Assembly: GCA_963830365.1 (NCBI GenBank)
Contig: CAWHMU010000039.1
Coordinates: forward strand, 20,841 to 84,840
Direction of reading: 5' to 3'
Source of the DNA: an uncultured Chlamydiae bacterium
GTDB taxonomy: Bacteria; Chlamydiota; Chlamydiia; Chlamydiales; Parachlamydiaceae
Length of the DNA: 64,000 nucleotides
Positions 10,569 through 20,225 of this stretch are shown piece by piece. Positions within the stretch are counted from its first letter, which is position 1. Each line of letters begins with the position of its first letter. Below the pieces are notes generated by a model that made no database searches, was not told where the DNA came from, and worked only from the letters and a program-made list of their open reading frames with translations. Both the position numbers and the translations under genes were made by a program.

Positions 10569-11096
10569 TTAAAAGGGCAATGGCTCTTCACCCGGCGCTG
10601 TCTGGGCATAGCGTGCGGCAGAACCCTGCTGCGGAGCGGCTCCATAGCTCTGTGAAGGGGCGCCAAAATCGCCATGCGAATCATTGACGTGCTGATCATT
10701 GCCATAGCCGCCTTGACCTGACTGAGCTGCACCACCATGCGTTTGCGTGGCTGAACTGCCCTGCTCGCCGGTGCGTTGATCCGGATTGCCGAATGGACTG
10801 AAACGCACGATATCAGCAGTGATTTCCAGAGACACTTGTGGACGCCCTTCTTTATCTGTCCAGATTTCGGGTTTACTCATTTCACCGACCACGATGAGCG
10901 CTGAGCCTTTTTTGAAATAGGGCAACATTTTGTCATAACGATCCCCCCAGATGGTCACACGCCACCACACGGTCTCATCTTTGCCGCCTTTGCGCACATT
11001 GGTGGCCAGGGTTAAGTTGGTGACTTTCTGCCCTGATGGTGTAAAACGCGTCTCTGCATCACGACCAAGACGGCCGGCAAGTTGTACGATAATCAT
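10569..11096 (-). CDS. ssb: Single-stranded DNA-binding protein
   Basis: LAGRLGRDAETRFT OB-fold start, Gly/Gln-rich linker, C-terminal EEPLPF. Confidence 0.95.
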   Translation of the reverse strand: MIIVQLAGRLGRDAETRFTPSGQKVTNLTLATNVRKGGKDETVWWRVTIWGDRYDKMLPYFKKGSALIVVGEMSKPEIWTDKEGRPQVSLEITADIVRFSPFGNPDQRTGEQGSSATQTHGGAAQSGQGGYGNDQHVNDSHGDFGAPSQSYGAAPQQGSAARYAQTAPGEEPLPF

Positions 11097-11228
11097 AGTT
11101 CTTCCTCAAGCTTGTTTGGATTTATTAGCACACCGCTGCCATGCGACATTCATAGCGGATTAGCACGATATTAGCATAAAAACGCCAATTTTAGAGAGAA
11201 AAATGGTGTCTATCTCTAAAAAATAAAA

Positions 11229-11258
11229 AAAACGCAAAATGTAGACATTTTGCGTTTT
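11229..11258 (-). terminator. Probable intrinsic terminator downstream of the slc1-like gene
   Basis: Perfect stem aaaacgcaaaatg-taga-cattttgcgtttt, followed by a T-run on the minus strand. Confidence 0.65.
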
Positions 11259-11298
11259 AAATGATGGATAAAGACTGGCTGCGGCCTAGAGCCTAAAC

Positions 11299-11799
11299 TT
11301 AGATCTTAATAAATCCTTGGCCTGGTTTGCCTGAATGCATGGAAGGCGGTGGAGTAGAGGCAGCTTTAGCGCCATCATCGCGTCCTTCGGATACTTCGGT
11401 ACAAATCTTGCGCCATTTTTCAACGGTCTCGACATAAAGCGGGGCAAACGCACGCAGTGCAGATGGCACAGCATGTTCCATGTCGATTGTGCAGTGAATG
11501 AGGATCAGTTCCTCTTTAACAGCCACACCGACACCGCCGCCGGCCATTTGACCGCCGAGCATGGAGCCTTCTAGCAGGCGTTCATAGAGGCGAAGTTTCG
11601 TTTTGTCGTCGCGGGGAAGTCCATCGAGCAGTGGCGAATAGAGGTAAAGACGCTTAGAATTCGGTTCATAGGTAAGATGCAGCGAAAACTCATCATCAAT
11701 GCCTAAGATACACGTATTATTTTCGTCAAATTCTAACCCTTCCAGGCCCAGTTCTTTACCAAATTCCTTAAGATTTTCTTTAGCATTTTCAAAAGACAT
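11299..11799 (-). CDS. slc1: CesT-family class I T3SS chaperone (Slc1/CT043-like)
   Basis: FDENNTCIL...FSLHLTYE...LLEGSMLGGQMAGGGVGVA closely matches chlamydial Slc1 as I recall it; lies between ssb and glgX as in Chlamydia. Confidence 0.88.
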   Translation of the reverse strand: MSFENAKENLKEFGKELGLEGLEFDENNTCILGIDDEFSLHLTYEPNSKRLYLYSPLLDGLPRDDKTKLRLYERLLEGSMLGGQMAGGGVGVAVKEELILIHCTIDMEHAVPSALRAFAPLYVETVEKWRKICTEVSEGRDDGAKAASTPPPSMHSGKPGQGFIKI

Positions 11800-12345
11800 A
11801 TATACCTCCTAAGGGTAATTTTTTGTGGCGTCATAAAAATTTAAGCCGGTGAAGTTGACTGCACAAGCTCCATATTGGTACTTAGTGATCCCCTTCATAA
11901 GCATATTTTATAGACGCCAGAGGATGTTGTGGTCCATATTATATGCAATAATGCCACGATGCCTCATTGCATTTTAAAAGTAAATGCTTTTGTAATTTTG
12001 CACCTACTGATCCATACATCCTGCTCTTAAAACCTCGCTTCATAAGCTTTATTGCTTACCTAGATTTGATTATAGATCTGACGCCATATTATTAACAACT
12101 TTTTAATAAAGCTTATTTTTAATAATCCTCAATAAACTATAAACAAATACTTTTCGACTATCAACAAGAGACCGCCTGTATTTCGCTAAAAGTTAACCGT
12201 AAAGTACTTATAATTCTGCGAGCATGCGTGTACGGCGTTGCTGGCATCCCCTTCCTGCCTATACAAACTCACACTTGCCCTTTGTGCATAATTGCCATTT
12301 ACGCTATATGGATGGATTCGCAGCGCAATCAAAGAAGTCTGTTTT

Positions 12346-14388
12346 ATGGCCAACCCCCAGAAATTTACGACCAGCAAGGGAAAACCCTATCCATTCGGCA
12401 TCTCGGCCAATGATGAAGGCTTGAATTTCGCCTTAACCTCAAAGCATGCCCGCGCAGTGACGCTATGTCTCTTTGATCGGGAAACAAAGCTGCTTGTCTT
12501 AGAAATCCCCTTGTTGCCCCAAAACAACAAAACCGGCCATGTATGGCATATCCACCTGCAAGGTCTTCGCGACAATATGGTCTATGCTTATCGCGTATTG
12601 CCTCCGGCCGGAAACATGCAAGAGCTGCTATTGGATCCCTATGCCAAAGCTGTTGCCACACCGCATGCCTGGGGTGGAAATTGCAGTCTGGCAGAGGCCC
12701 CCAAAAACCACTATGTCCCTTATGGAGAAATCCTGCCGGCCACGACTTTCGACTGGGGCACAGATTCTCAGCTGCATATTCCTTTGGCCGATCTCGTGAT
12801 CTATGAAATGCATGTCAGGGCCTTCACAATTCATCCCTCCAGCAAGGTCGCTCATCCCGGCACATACCTCGGTGTCATTGAAAAGATTCCCCATCTGCTA
12901 GAGCTTGGCGTCAATGCGGTCGAGCTTATGCCCATGCAGGAATTTAATGAACTCGAATACGCCCGGGCACATCCAACGGCGCCAAAGCTGCTGTACAATT
13001 TCTGGGGGTATTCAACCGTAAATTTTTTTTCACCTATGAATCGCTATGCCACCTCCGATGCCCGCGGAGCCGCGGTTGAAGAATTTAAAACCATGGTACG
13101 GGAGTTGCACCGCCATGGCATCGAAATCATCCTCGACATCGTCTTCAACCACACTGCCGAAGGCAATGAAAACGGCCCTATTATCTCCTTCAAAGGCATA
13201 GACAACGCCATTTACTACATGCTGGACCACCATCTCTACCGCGATTTTACCGGCTGCGGCAACACTGTCAATACCAACCATGCCGCTGTACAGGAACTCA
13301 TCATTAACTGCCTGCGGTATTGGGTCACCGAAATGCATGTCGACGGCTTCCGCTTCGACCTGGCGTCCATATTCAGCCGCGACAGCAAGGGAATCCCCCT
13401 ATCGCTTGCGCCTATCGTCAAGGCCATCACCGAAGATCCCATCCTGGCGGACACGAAATTGATTGCCGAACCATGGGACGCCGCCGGCTTATATCAAGTC
13501 GGCAGTTTTGCCGGCAAATCTCCCCGCTGGCTGGAATGGAATGATAAATACCGCGATTGCGTGCGCCGCTTTATCAAGGGCATGCCAGGTACAAATGGCG
13601 ACTTTGCCAAACGATTATCCGGGTCTGAGGACCTCTATCACGATCGAAGTCCATGCCATAGCATTAACTTCGTCACGGCGCATGACGGCTTCACCCTGGC
13701 AGACCTGGTTTCTTACAATATGAAGCATAATATGGACAATGGCGAGCAAAACCAGGATGGCACCAACCACAACGAAAGCTGGAACCACGGCATCGAAGGC
13801 CCAACGGACGATCCAGCCATCCTGCAGTTGCGCCGCCAACAGATGCGCAATTTGCATCTGGCGCTTATGCTATCACAAGGCACTCCCATGTTGTTGATGG
13901 GCGATGAATACGCCCATTCCAAAAACGGCAACAATAACACCTGGTGCCATGACAGCGAATTGAATTGGTTCCTGTGGGACAGGCTGCAAGCTAACAGTGG
14001 CTTCCTGCGTTTTTATAAAGGGCTGATCCGCTTTCGAAAGCAGCATCCGATAGTAAGGCGAAACACCTTTTTGACTGCTGATGATATCGACTGGCATGGT
14101 GTCAGACCAATGCAAATAGAATGGCATAGCAACCTTGCCCTGGTGGCCTTCACACTCAAAGACCATGAAAACAGAAATGATCTATATGCTGCTTTCAACG
14201 CCCAGCATGCGGCGCTATCCATCCAACTGCCAGCGCCGCCGGAAGGAAAAAGCTGGCATTGGGTGGTCGATACCGCCGCCCCGTCGCCTAACGACTTTTT
14301 TGCTGATGGACAAGGCCCCATTATGAAAGATAATATCTTCACCATGACCCCCTATTCGGCAATCCTGCTTGAAGCCCTCCCAGCCTAA
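12346..14388 (+). CDS. glgX: Glycogen debranching enzyme (isoamylase)
   Basis: IYEMHVRAFT, NFWGYST, DIVFNHTAEG, VDGFRFDLAS, LIAEPWD and HDGFTLADL motifs. Confidence 0.96.
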   Translation: MANPQKFTTSKGKPYPFGISANDEGLNFALTSKHARAVTLCLFDRETKLLVLEIPLLPQNNKTGHVWHIHLQGLRDNMVYAYRVLPPAGNMQELLLDPYAKAVATPHAWGGNCSLAEAPKNHYVPYGEILPATTFDWGTDSQLHIPLADLVIYEMHVRAFTIHPSSKVAHPGTYLGVIEKIPHLLELGVNAVELMPMQEFNELEYARAHPTAPKLLYNFWGYSTVNFFSPMNRYATSDARGAAVEEFKTMVRELHRHGIEIILDIVFNHTAEGNENGPIISFKGIDNAIYYMLDHHLYRDFTGCGNTVNTNHAAVQELIINCLRYWVTEMHVDGFRFDLASIFSRDSKGIPLSLAPIVKAITEDPILADTKLIAEPWDAAGLYQVGSFAGKSPRWLEWNDKYRDCVRRFIKGMPGTNGDFAKRLSGSEDLYHDRSPCHSINFVTAHDGFTLADLVSYNMKHNMDNGEQNQDGTNHNESWNHGIEGPTDDPAILQLRRQQMRNLHLALMLSQGTPMLLMGDEYAHSKNGNNNTWCHDSELNWFLWDRLQANSGFLRFYKGLIRFRKQHPIVRRNTFLTADDIDWHGVRPMQIEWHSNLALVAFTLKDHENRNDLYAAFNAQHAALSIQLPAPPEGKSWHWVVDTAAPSPNDFFADGQGPIMKDNIFTMTPYSAILLEALPA

Positions 14389-14398
14389 TGCACAGGAA

Positions 14399-14472
14399 TT
14401 CACCACAGAGACACCGAGACACAGAGAAGCAATGGGGACGGTTTCTCTTTGTCACTGTGACTCTGTGGTAAA
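14399..14472. repeat. CACAGAG 9-bp-periodic inverted repeat
   Basis: ttcaccacagagacaccgagacacagagaa ... ttctctttgtcactgtgactctgtggtaaa. Confidence 0.75.
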
Positions 14473-14561
14473 AAATGTGCTTAATTCTGTAAAACACTCC
14501 ATCTCTTGCACTTAAAAACACGTATCGCTATGCTTATGGCTTAAATTTAAGGAGCTTGCCT

Positions 14562-15230
14562 ATGTCTTCAATCCAAACTAATCCATCCCGCCTGCAGGCA
14601 GTATTTTTTCCAAAAGCTCCGGAAACAATGGATTTTCCTTCGGCCATCACCGCCCTTGACAGCCAGCGCCTGGCACGCATCACCAAAATCGCCATCTATG
14701 CCTTGGCCACCATCGCCACCGTCGCCACCTTGGTTTTGACTGAAGCTGCCGTCATTGCCTGGCCCATCGCCCTGCCGATCATCGCCGTCACGCTCATCGC
14801 CTGGGCGGTTTTTTATCATTTAAACAGCCACGATGATACCTATCTTGGACCGCTTGATGCCCAGACGCTGGCCATGCTGGCCAAAAAAGAATTGGAAGGA
14901 GTGTTTAATTGGCCTGCCGCCGTCAAAACGGCTGCGGAAATTGAACGCACCATAAGCGATGCGCATAAATTACTGGGACGCCAGGTCTTTTCGCCAGCTT
15001 TCATCCAAAAAATTACCGAAAAGCACCTCAATGCTGGCAAAGAAGAAGCAACGGCCACCGATGGGGCTGCCCCGACAGAAAATCCGCTGCGCATCGACTG
15101 CCAAGAAGAATGGCCAGAAATTCGAGGCTTCGGCCTTGCCAAGCACAACTGCACCTTAAAAGTATCATGGAGCGGCCTCCCGGGCGAACCCCTGGAAGTC
15201 GACTTCAAGAAAACCGTCGCCGAAAAATAA
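14562..15230 (+). CDS. Hypothetical protein with a bilobed hydrophobic domain (Inc-like candidate)
   Basis: About 43 aa of hydrophobic sequence, IAIYALATIATVATLVLTEAAVIAWPIALPIIAVTLIAWAVFY; AGGAG RBS. Confidence 0.65.
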   Translation: MSSIQTNPSRLQAVFFPKAPETMDFPSAITALDSQRLARITKIAIYALATIATVATLVLTEAAVIAWPIALPIIAVTLIAWAVFYHLNSHDDTYLGPLDAQTLAMLAKKELEGVFNWPAAVKTAAEIERTISDAHKLLGRQVFSPAFIQKITEKHLNAGKEEATATDGAAPTENPLRIDCQEEWPEIRGFGLAKHNCTLKVSWSGLPGEPLEVDFKKTVAEK

Positions 15231-15248
15231 TCTGAAAGTACTAAAATA

Positions 15249-15372
15249 TTCACCACAGAGGCACAGAGAAAAGAAACAACGGGCTACTTTCTTTCGTCAT
15301 TTTCTTCTAACGTCTTTTATAAAAAGTATTCGTTTCTCAATTTATTTCTCTGTGTCTCTGTGCCACTGTAGT
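15249..15372. repeat. CACAGAG-family inverted repeat at a convergent gene junction
   Basis: ttcaccacagaggcacagaga ... tctctgtgtctctgtgccactgtagt. Confidence 0.7.
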
Positions 15373-15397
15373 CTAGCCCTAAACCTAGCCGCAATAG

Positions 15398-16267
15398 TTA
15401 TTCCGTATAGTGGATCAACTCGATTTTAACGCCGGGAAATGCTTTGGCAAGAATCTGCGCGGCATGCTCGCCATGCTGTGCCATGGCAGCAGCTTCAGCC
15501 AGCGTAATCTGCGATACGACAGTCTCTTTCAAAGCCGGCATGGCGGCACCATCCTGCTTCCATTCGGCAGGAAAGGCGACCACATTTTCATCATTAGGCG
15601 TTGAGCGGCTCATCACCATATAGCGCGTGGCTTTGATTGCCTTTTCGATATCGCTGCCCTGATCGATGGCCGCATATCCCTGATAACCTGTTTTCGAACC
15701 ATCTACCGACCAATATTGGTTTTTTGGATTTTCCACGCGATAGTAGGCGGCGCTGCGGGCTGCAATGGCTATGGCGTTAAGCAATTCATCGGGCATCTGC
15801 CGGTAGCGCTGGGCAAGGCTTGAAGACAGGTAATCTTCGATGCTCACCTGATTGATGATGCTAATGCTGCCGCCGATGTCATAGATATAAATCGGACCGC
15901 GGTATTCCACACCGTCTACGATCGCCGTGGTATTTACATCATCGGGCACAATCATCAGCTGGTGTATGCCGGGGAATTCCTCACCCCATTTCAGACCATC
16001 GCTGACAGCCTGGATGAATTTGCGCTTGCCGGTGAAGCGCGTACTGATATGATTGCCAGTATGGGGATCGAAAATTTTGTATTTGCCTTTCACTTCAAGG
16101 ACAACGCCTTGCTTGTCGTTGACGACCAAGACCTTTATCGTCGGCGGCGCTACAGCGGCCGGCCGGCGGAAATATCCAGACACATTATCCCAGAAGCCTG
16201 CTTGCAAAGGAGCGCTCATGGTCCCACAGACAAGCACAAGACATACTATTCTCAGCGCCACATTCAT
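15398..16267 (-). CDS. SpoIID/LytB domain protein
   Basis: Signal peptide; YRGPIYI, INQVSIEDYL, AIAIAARS and YQGY motifs; next to ruvB as in Chlamydiae. Confidence 0.75.
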   Translation of the reverse strand: MNVALRIVCLVLVCGTMSAPLQAGFWDNVSGYFRRPAAVAPPTIKVLVVNDKQGVVLEVKGKYKIFDPHTGNHISTRFTGKRKFIQAVSDGLKWGEEFPGIHQLMIVPDDVNTTAIVDGVEYRGPIYIYDIGGSISIINQVSIEDYLSSSLAQRYRQMPDELLNAIAIAARSAAYYRVENPKNQYWSVDGSKTGYQGYAAIDQGSDIEKAIKATRYMVMSRSTPNDENVVAFPAEWKQDGAAMPALKETVVSQITLAEAAAMAQHGEHAAQILAKAFPGVKIELIHYTE

Positions 16268-16300
16268 AATCTTTACTCCATAAAACATTTTAAATATCGT

Positions 16301-17290
16301 TTAAATCCGTCCCAAATGCTGATAAGCCAAGGGCGTCACTTCGCGGCCCCGCGGCGTGCGCTTAAGGAAGCCCTGCATGATCAGATAGGGTTCATATACT
16401 TCTTCGATAGTGGCAGATTCTTCCCCGACGGCGGCGGCGATGGCTGTAAGGCCGGCCGGGCCGCCTTGATAATGGTCGATCAGCACCTCTAAAATTCTTT
16501 TATCCATCTCGTCCAAACCCTTTTCGTCGATGGCCAGCATGTTTAGGGCCCGGTCGGCAACGTCGCGGTCGATGATATTCTTCGTACGCATCTGCGCAAA
16601 ATCGCGCACCCAGCGCAGCAGGTTGATAGCCACCCGCGGCGTGCCGCGCGCCCGGCGGGCGATCTCCATGGCGGCTTCGCCATCCAGCTCGACATTGAGG
16701 ATGCGTCCCGTGCGCTGTAGAATTTTGGCGATCAGCAAGGGTTGATAGTAGTCCAGCCTGCAGCTGAAGCCAAAGCGCGAGCGCAAAGGACCTGAAAGCA
16801 GTCCGACGCGCGTGGTGGCACCGGCCAGCGTAAAATGGTTGAGCTTCACCTGTACGCTGCGGGCGCTTGGTCCTGAGTCGATCATCAGGTCGAGCACAAA
16901 ATCTTCCATAGCAGGATATAGATATTCTTCGGCTGCGCGGTTTAGGCGGTGAAGTTCGTCGATGAAGAGGATGTCGCCGGTCTGCAGGTGCGTTAAGATG
17001 CCGGCCAGATCGCCGGGCTTTTCGATGACGGCGCCTGAAGTCACCACGATATTTGTCCCCATGGATTTGGCAAGGATATTTGCCAGCGTCGTCTTGCCAA
17101 GGCCTGGGGGACCGCTGAATAAACAATGGCTCAAAGGCTCATTGCGCAGCTTGGCGGCGCCGATCATCACCTCCAGCCTCTCGCGGATGATATCCTGACC
17201 GGAGAAATCGTCCAGCGATTGCGGCCTGAGTGGTATTTCGAACGATTCGTCGACCTTTGATAAGGATGATTCGATAAAAGTCTTATTCAT
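16301..17290 (-). CDS. ruvB: Holliday junction DNA helicase RuvB
   Basis: LRPQSLDDFSGQ, GPPGLGKTT, FIDELHR, ARGTPR and RTPRGR motifs. Confidence 0.97.
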   Translation of the reverse strand: MNKTFIESSLSKVDESFEIPLRPQSLDDFSGQDIIRERLEVMIGAAKLRNEPLSHCLFSGPPGLGKTTLANILAKSMGTNIVVTSGAVIEKPGDLAGILTHLQTGDILFIDELHRLNRAAEEYLYPAMEDFVLDLMIDSGPSARSVQVKLNHFTLAGATTRVGLLSGPLRSRFGFSCRLDYYQPLLIAKILQRTGRILNVELDGEAAMEIARRARGTPRVAINLLRWVRDFAQMRTKNIIDRDVADRALNMLAIDEKGLDEMDKRILEVLIDHYQGGPAGLTAIAAAVGEESATIEEVYEPYLIMQGFLKRTPRGREVTPLAYQHLGRI

Positions 17291-17300
17291 AAAGCGATTC

Positions 17301-18659
17301 TCAACCAAACAAGCCAAAAGCATTTAGAAAAACAAATACTATTAATAAGGGGGCGGCGTATTTAAAGCAAAACCAAAAATAGCCGGTCAGCCAAGGGCGC
17401 CGCTCAAAAAGATCGACTGAGCCTTGTTTAAGCTGCGCTAACGCCTTCGGCACGCCCCATTTCCACCCTACCAGCAGCACGGCACATAAGCCGCCCAAAG
17501 GTATCAGGATGCTCGTGGCCAGAAAATCCATCATATCAAGAAAGGTGATTCCGGCAATGGTATAATCTTTCAATAGACTATACGATAGTGCCGAAGGTAG
17601 GCCCAATGCAAAAGCTCCCAGCCCGCAGGCCAATACCGCCGACCTGCGCTGCCACCCCCACTCGTCTATCAGATAGGCGATCGTCGGTTCCATAGCCGAA
17701 ATTTCGGAAGTCAACGCCGCCAGCATCACCAGCAGAAAAAACATGATGGCGATAAAGTGCCCCCAGGGAATCTGACTGAACACCCACGGCAGCGTATGAA
17801 AGATGAGGCCGGGTCCTGAATCGGGTTCAATGCCGACAGAAAAGACGATGGTAAAGATGGCCACAGCCGACATTAAAGAAATCAGTGTATCCATGGCTAC
17901 GACAGGCAGGCAGCTCTTTAGGATATTCTCCTGCTTGCCGAGATAACTGCCATAGGTGACCATCGTCCCCTGTCCCAAACTCAGCGTGAAAAATGCCTGC
18001 CCGAGGGCGATCAAGATGGTCTTGGGCGTGAGAGCGCTCCACTGCGGCGTGAACAGAAAAGCCAGCCCCTTGCCGGCCTGCGGCATCGATAGACCCCTGA
18101 TCACCAGGAAGATAAGCACCGCAATCAGCATCGGCATCATGATCTTGTTGCCGCGCTCGATGCCGGCGCGCACGCCTAAAAGCAACACGCTGACACACAA
18201 TACGAGAAAACAAACGTGAAAGGATAAACCCCACCAAGGATTCTCCATCAGGCTCTGATGGTGTACCACTACTGCCTCGGCGGTCGCAAAGCTTGACGCA
18301 CGGCCGCTGATGGCTTCAATCAAATATCCAAGGATCCAGCCGGCCACGGCGCTATAGAAGGCACTGACAATAAAGCCTGTGGCAATCGTTAGCTTGCCGG
18401 CCCACGCCCATCGGGGGCCGCCTAGCTGGGCGAAGGCCCCGCTTGGACTTGTCTGGGTGGTCCGGCCAATCAGGATTTCGGAGATAAAAACCGGAAAGCC
18501 GATCAGCAATAGGCAAAGCAGGTAAACAGCAATGAAGGCCGCTCCGCCGTTTTGGCCGACGACATACGGAAAGCGCCAGATATTGGCCAACCCCACGGCC
18601 GATCCTGCCACTGCAAAAATAAACCCAAGGCGTGATCCCCAGGAAGCGCGACTACTCAT
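17301..18659 (-). CDS. Sodium-dependent transporter (NSS/SLC6 family)
   Basis: RASWGSRLGFIFAVAGSAVGLANIWRFPY and ALGQAFFTLSLG motifs; many TM segments. Confidence 0.92.
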   Translation of the reverse strand: MSSRASWGSRLGFIFAVAGSAVGLANIWRFPYVVGQNGGAAFIAVYLLCLLLIGFPVFISEILIGRTTQTSPSGAFAQLGGPRWAWAGKLTIATGFIVSAFYSAVAGWILGYLIEAISGRASSFATAEAVVVHHQSLMENPWWGLSFHVCFLVLCVSVLLLGVRAGIERGNKIMMPMLIAVLIFLVIRGLSMPQAGKGLAFLFTPQWSALTPKTILIALGQAFFTLSLGQGTMVTYGSYLGKQENILKSCLPVVAMDTLISLMSAVAIFTIVFSVGIEPDSGPGLIFHTLPWVFSQIPWGHFIAIMFFLLVMLAALTSEISAMEPTIAYLIDEWGWQRRSAVLACGLGAFALGLPSALSYSLLKDYTIAGITFLDMMDFLATSILIPLGGLCAVLLVGWKWGVPKALAQLKQGSVDLFERRPWLTGYFWFCFKYAAPLLIVFVFLNAFGLFG

Positions 18660-18759
18660 AATTTCTGAAAATCCTGTGAAATTTATCAAAGATTATAGGC
18701 AGCCAGCCCAAAAGATGAAAGGAAAATTGTCTTGACCGAAAACCAAATTTTTGAAGAAA

Positions 18760-18865
18760 GTCGGACTAGGCGGACTGAGAGCATGTGACTAACCTAGCGG
18801 ACTTAGCGGAGCGCTGGCATAATCATATCATCCGCAGGTCCGACTCGTCCGCTGCATCCGTGGCT
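18760..18865. repeat. Imperfect GCGGACT/AGTCCGC-type inverted repeats
   Basis: gtcggactaggcggact...gcggacttagcgga / tccgcaggtccgactcgtccgc. Confidence 0.45.
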
Positions 18866-19157
18866 TGAAAAACCAAATACTCCCAAACACAATTACCAAA
18901 TGAAAGGCAAAGCTGAGGCGATAAAGAGAAATCGACTTTGGCGGCAAGCAAAATTTTTAAGGCTGCAGACCAAATAGATTCATTTCACAATCTAAATCGT
19001 CGGCGACATCCATTTTCTTAACACTATCTTAATAAAGAAACTCTCTTTAATTATATTGTGATGCGCATTTTTGTTTTTTTCTTCTACCAAAGCATGGCTT
19101 GTGCTAAGCTGGTAAATCAACTTGGGTGGTATCCACCAAAGACTAAGGAGAATGGCT

Positions 19158-19685
19158 ATGTCAGATTCACAAAATCCTATCCATAATGTACTGAGCGATG
19201 CTGTAGCGACTGTTAACGGCGACGATCATTCGGGGATGTCACTCGAATCGATGGCGCTGCTCATCAATACCGACCGCCTGAAAAGACTGGAAAACAAGAT
19301 CACCAACGAATTCGTCGAATTGAAAAAACGCCAAGACCAGGTGACGCTGCTGCATAAGATCATCAAAGCCATCAATGCAGCCACTGTGAATGGCGAATTC
19401 GACTGCACTAAAAATCAGGAACTCAAAGACCTGCTCGATAAGGCTAAAGAGTACGGCGTCGATGTCAAAGACGGCAAATACAAATATACCAGCGATGAAC
19501 GCGACCGCCTGATCGAAAACGTGCGTCTGACGGCCGACGACTTCAATGTGCTCAACGACATGCAACTGCAGACCGTCTCACGCTTAACTACCGAACGCTA
19601 CGAATCATACCAGCTGGCACGCGCCATCATGAAGCCGCTACACGAAGACAAAATCACTAAAGCCCGCGCCATTGCCGGCAAATAA
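19158..19685 (+). CDS. Helical T3SS-associated protein, Bsp22/SseB/EspA-like filament or tip candidate
   Basis: AGGAG RBS; N- and C-terminal coiled coils; first gene of a chaperone-translocator cassette. Confidence 0.55.
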   Translation: MSDSQNPIHNVLSDAVATVNGDDHSGMSLESMALLINTDRLKRLENKITNEFVELKKRQDQVTLLHKIIKAINAATVNGEFDCTKNQELKDLLDKAKEYGVDVKDGKYKYTSDERDRLIENVRLTADDFNVLNDMQLQTVSRLTTERYESYQLARAIMKPLHEDKITKARAIAGK

Positions 19686-19706
19686 GCCAAGACACATAGA
19701 TCCACT

Positions 19707-20225
19707 ATGGAAACCACTATGGAAAACCAAGCGCTGATTTCATCCATTAAAGCCCTACTGGAAGCACAACCAGGCACACTGCCGCAACTTTCGCCGGAAG
19801 TCCTGTCCACTTTGTATGGCATGGCCTATCAGTTCTACCGCAACGGCAAATATGACGAAGCTAAACAGTTCTTCCGCTTCCTGACACATGCCAACACCCA
19901 TGACCGCAGATTTTGGATGGGCCTGGCAGCCTCCCTCCACATGCTGAAAGAACATGCTGCCGCCATCGAATGCTATAGCGTCGCCGCCATCCAAAATCCT
20001 GACGACCCTTATACCCATTGGCATGCCGCCGAATGCTTTTTCGCCCTCGGCAATCAGCCTGAAGCCATAATTGCTTTAGAATCTGCGCTCGCTGTTGCCA
20101 GAAATGATGAAAAACATTACCCTCTAGTTGTGCAACTAGAACTGATCAAAAAGACTTGGTCCAAAACAACGACACGAGATATCCCTGAAGGAATCTGCCA
20201 AGGAAACTTCCAGAGGAGACAACCA
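19707..20225 (+). CDS. SycD/LcrH class II T3SS chaperone; as sequenced, no stop codon before the next gene's ATG
   Basis: LYGMAYQFYRNGKYDEAKQFFRFL, FWMGLAA, YSVAAIQNPDDP and HAAECF TPR motifs. Confidence 0.85.
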
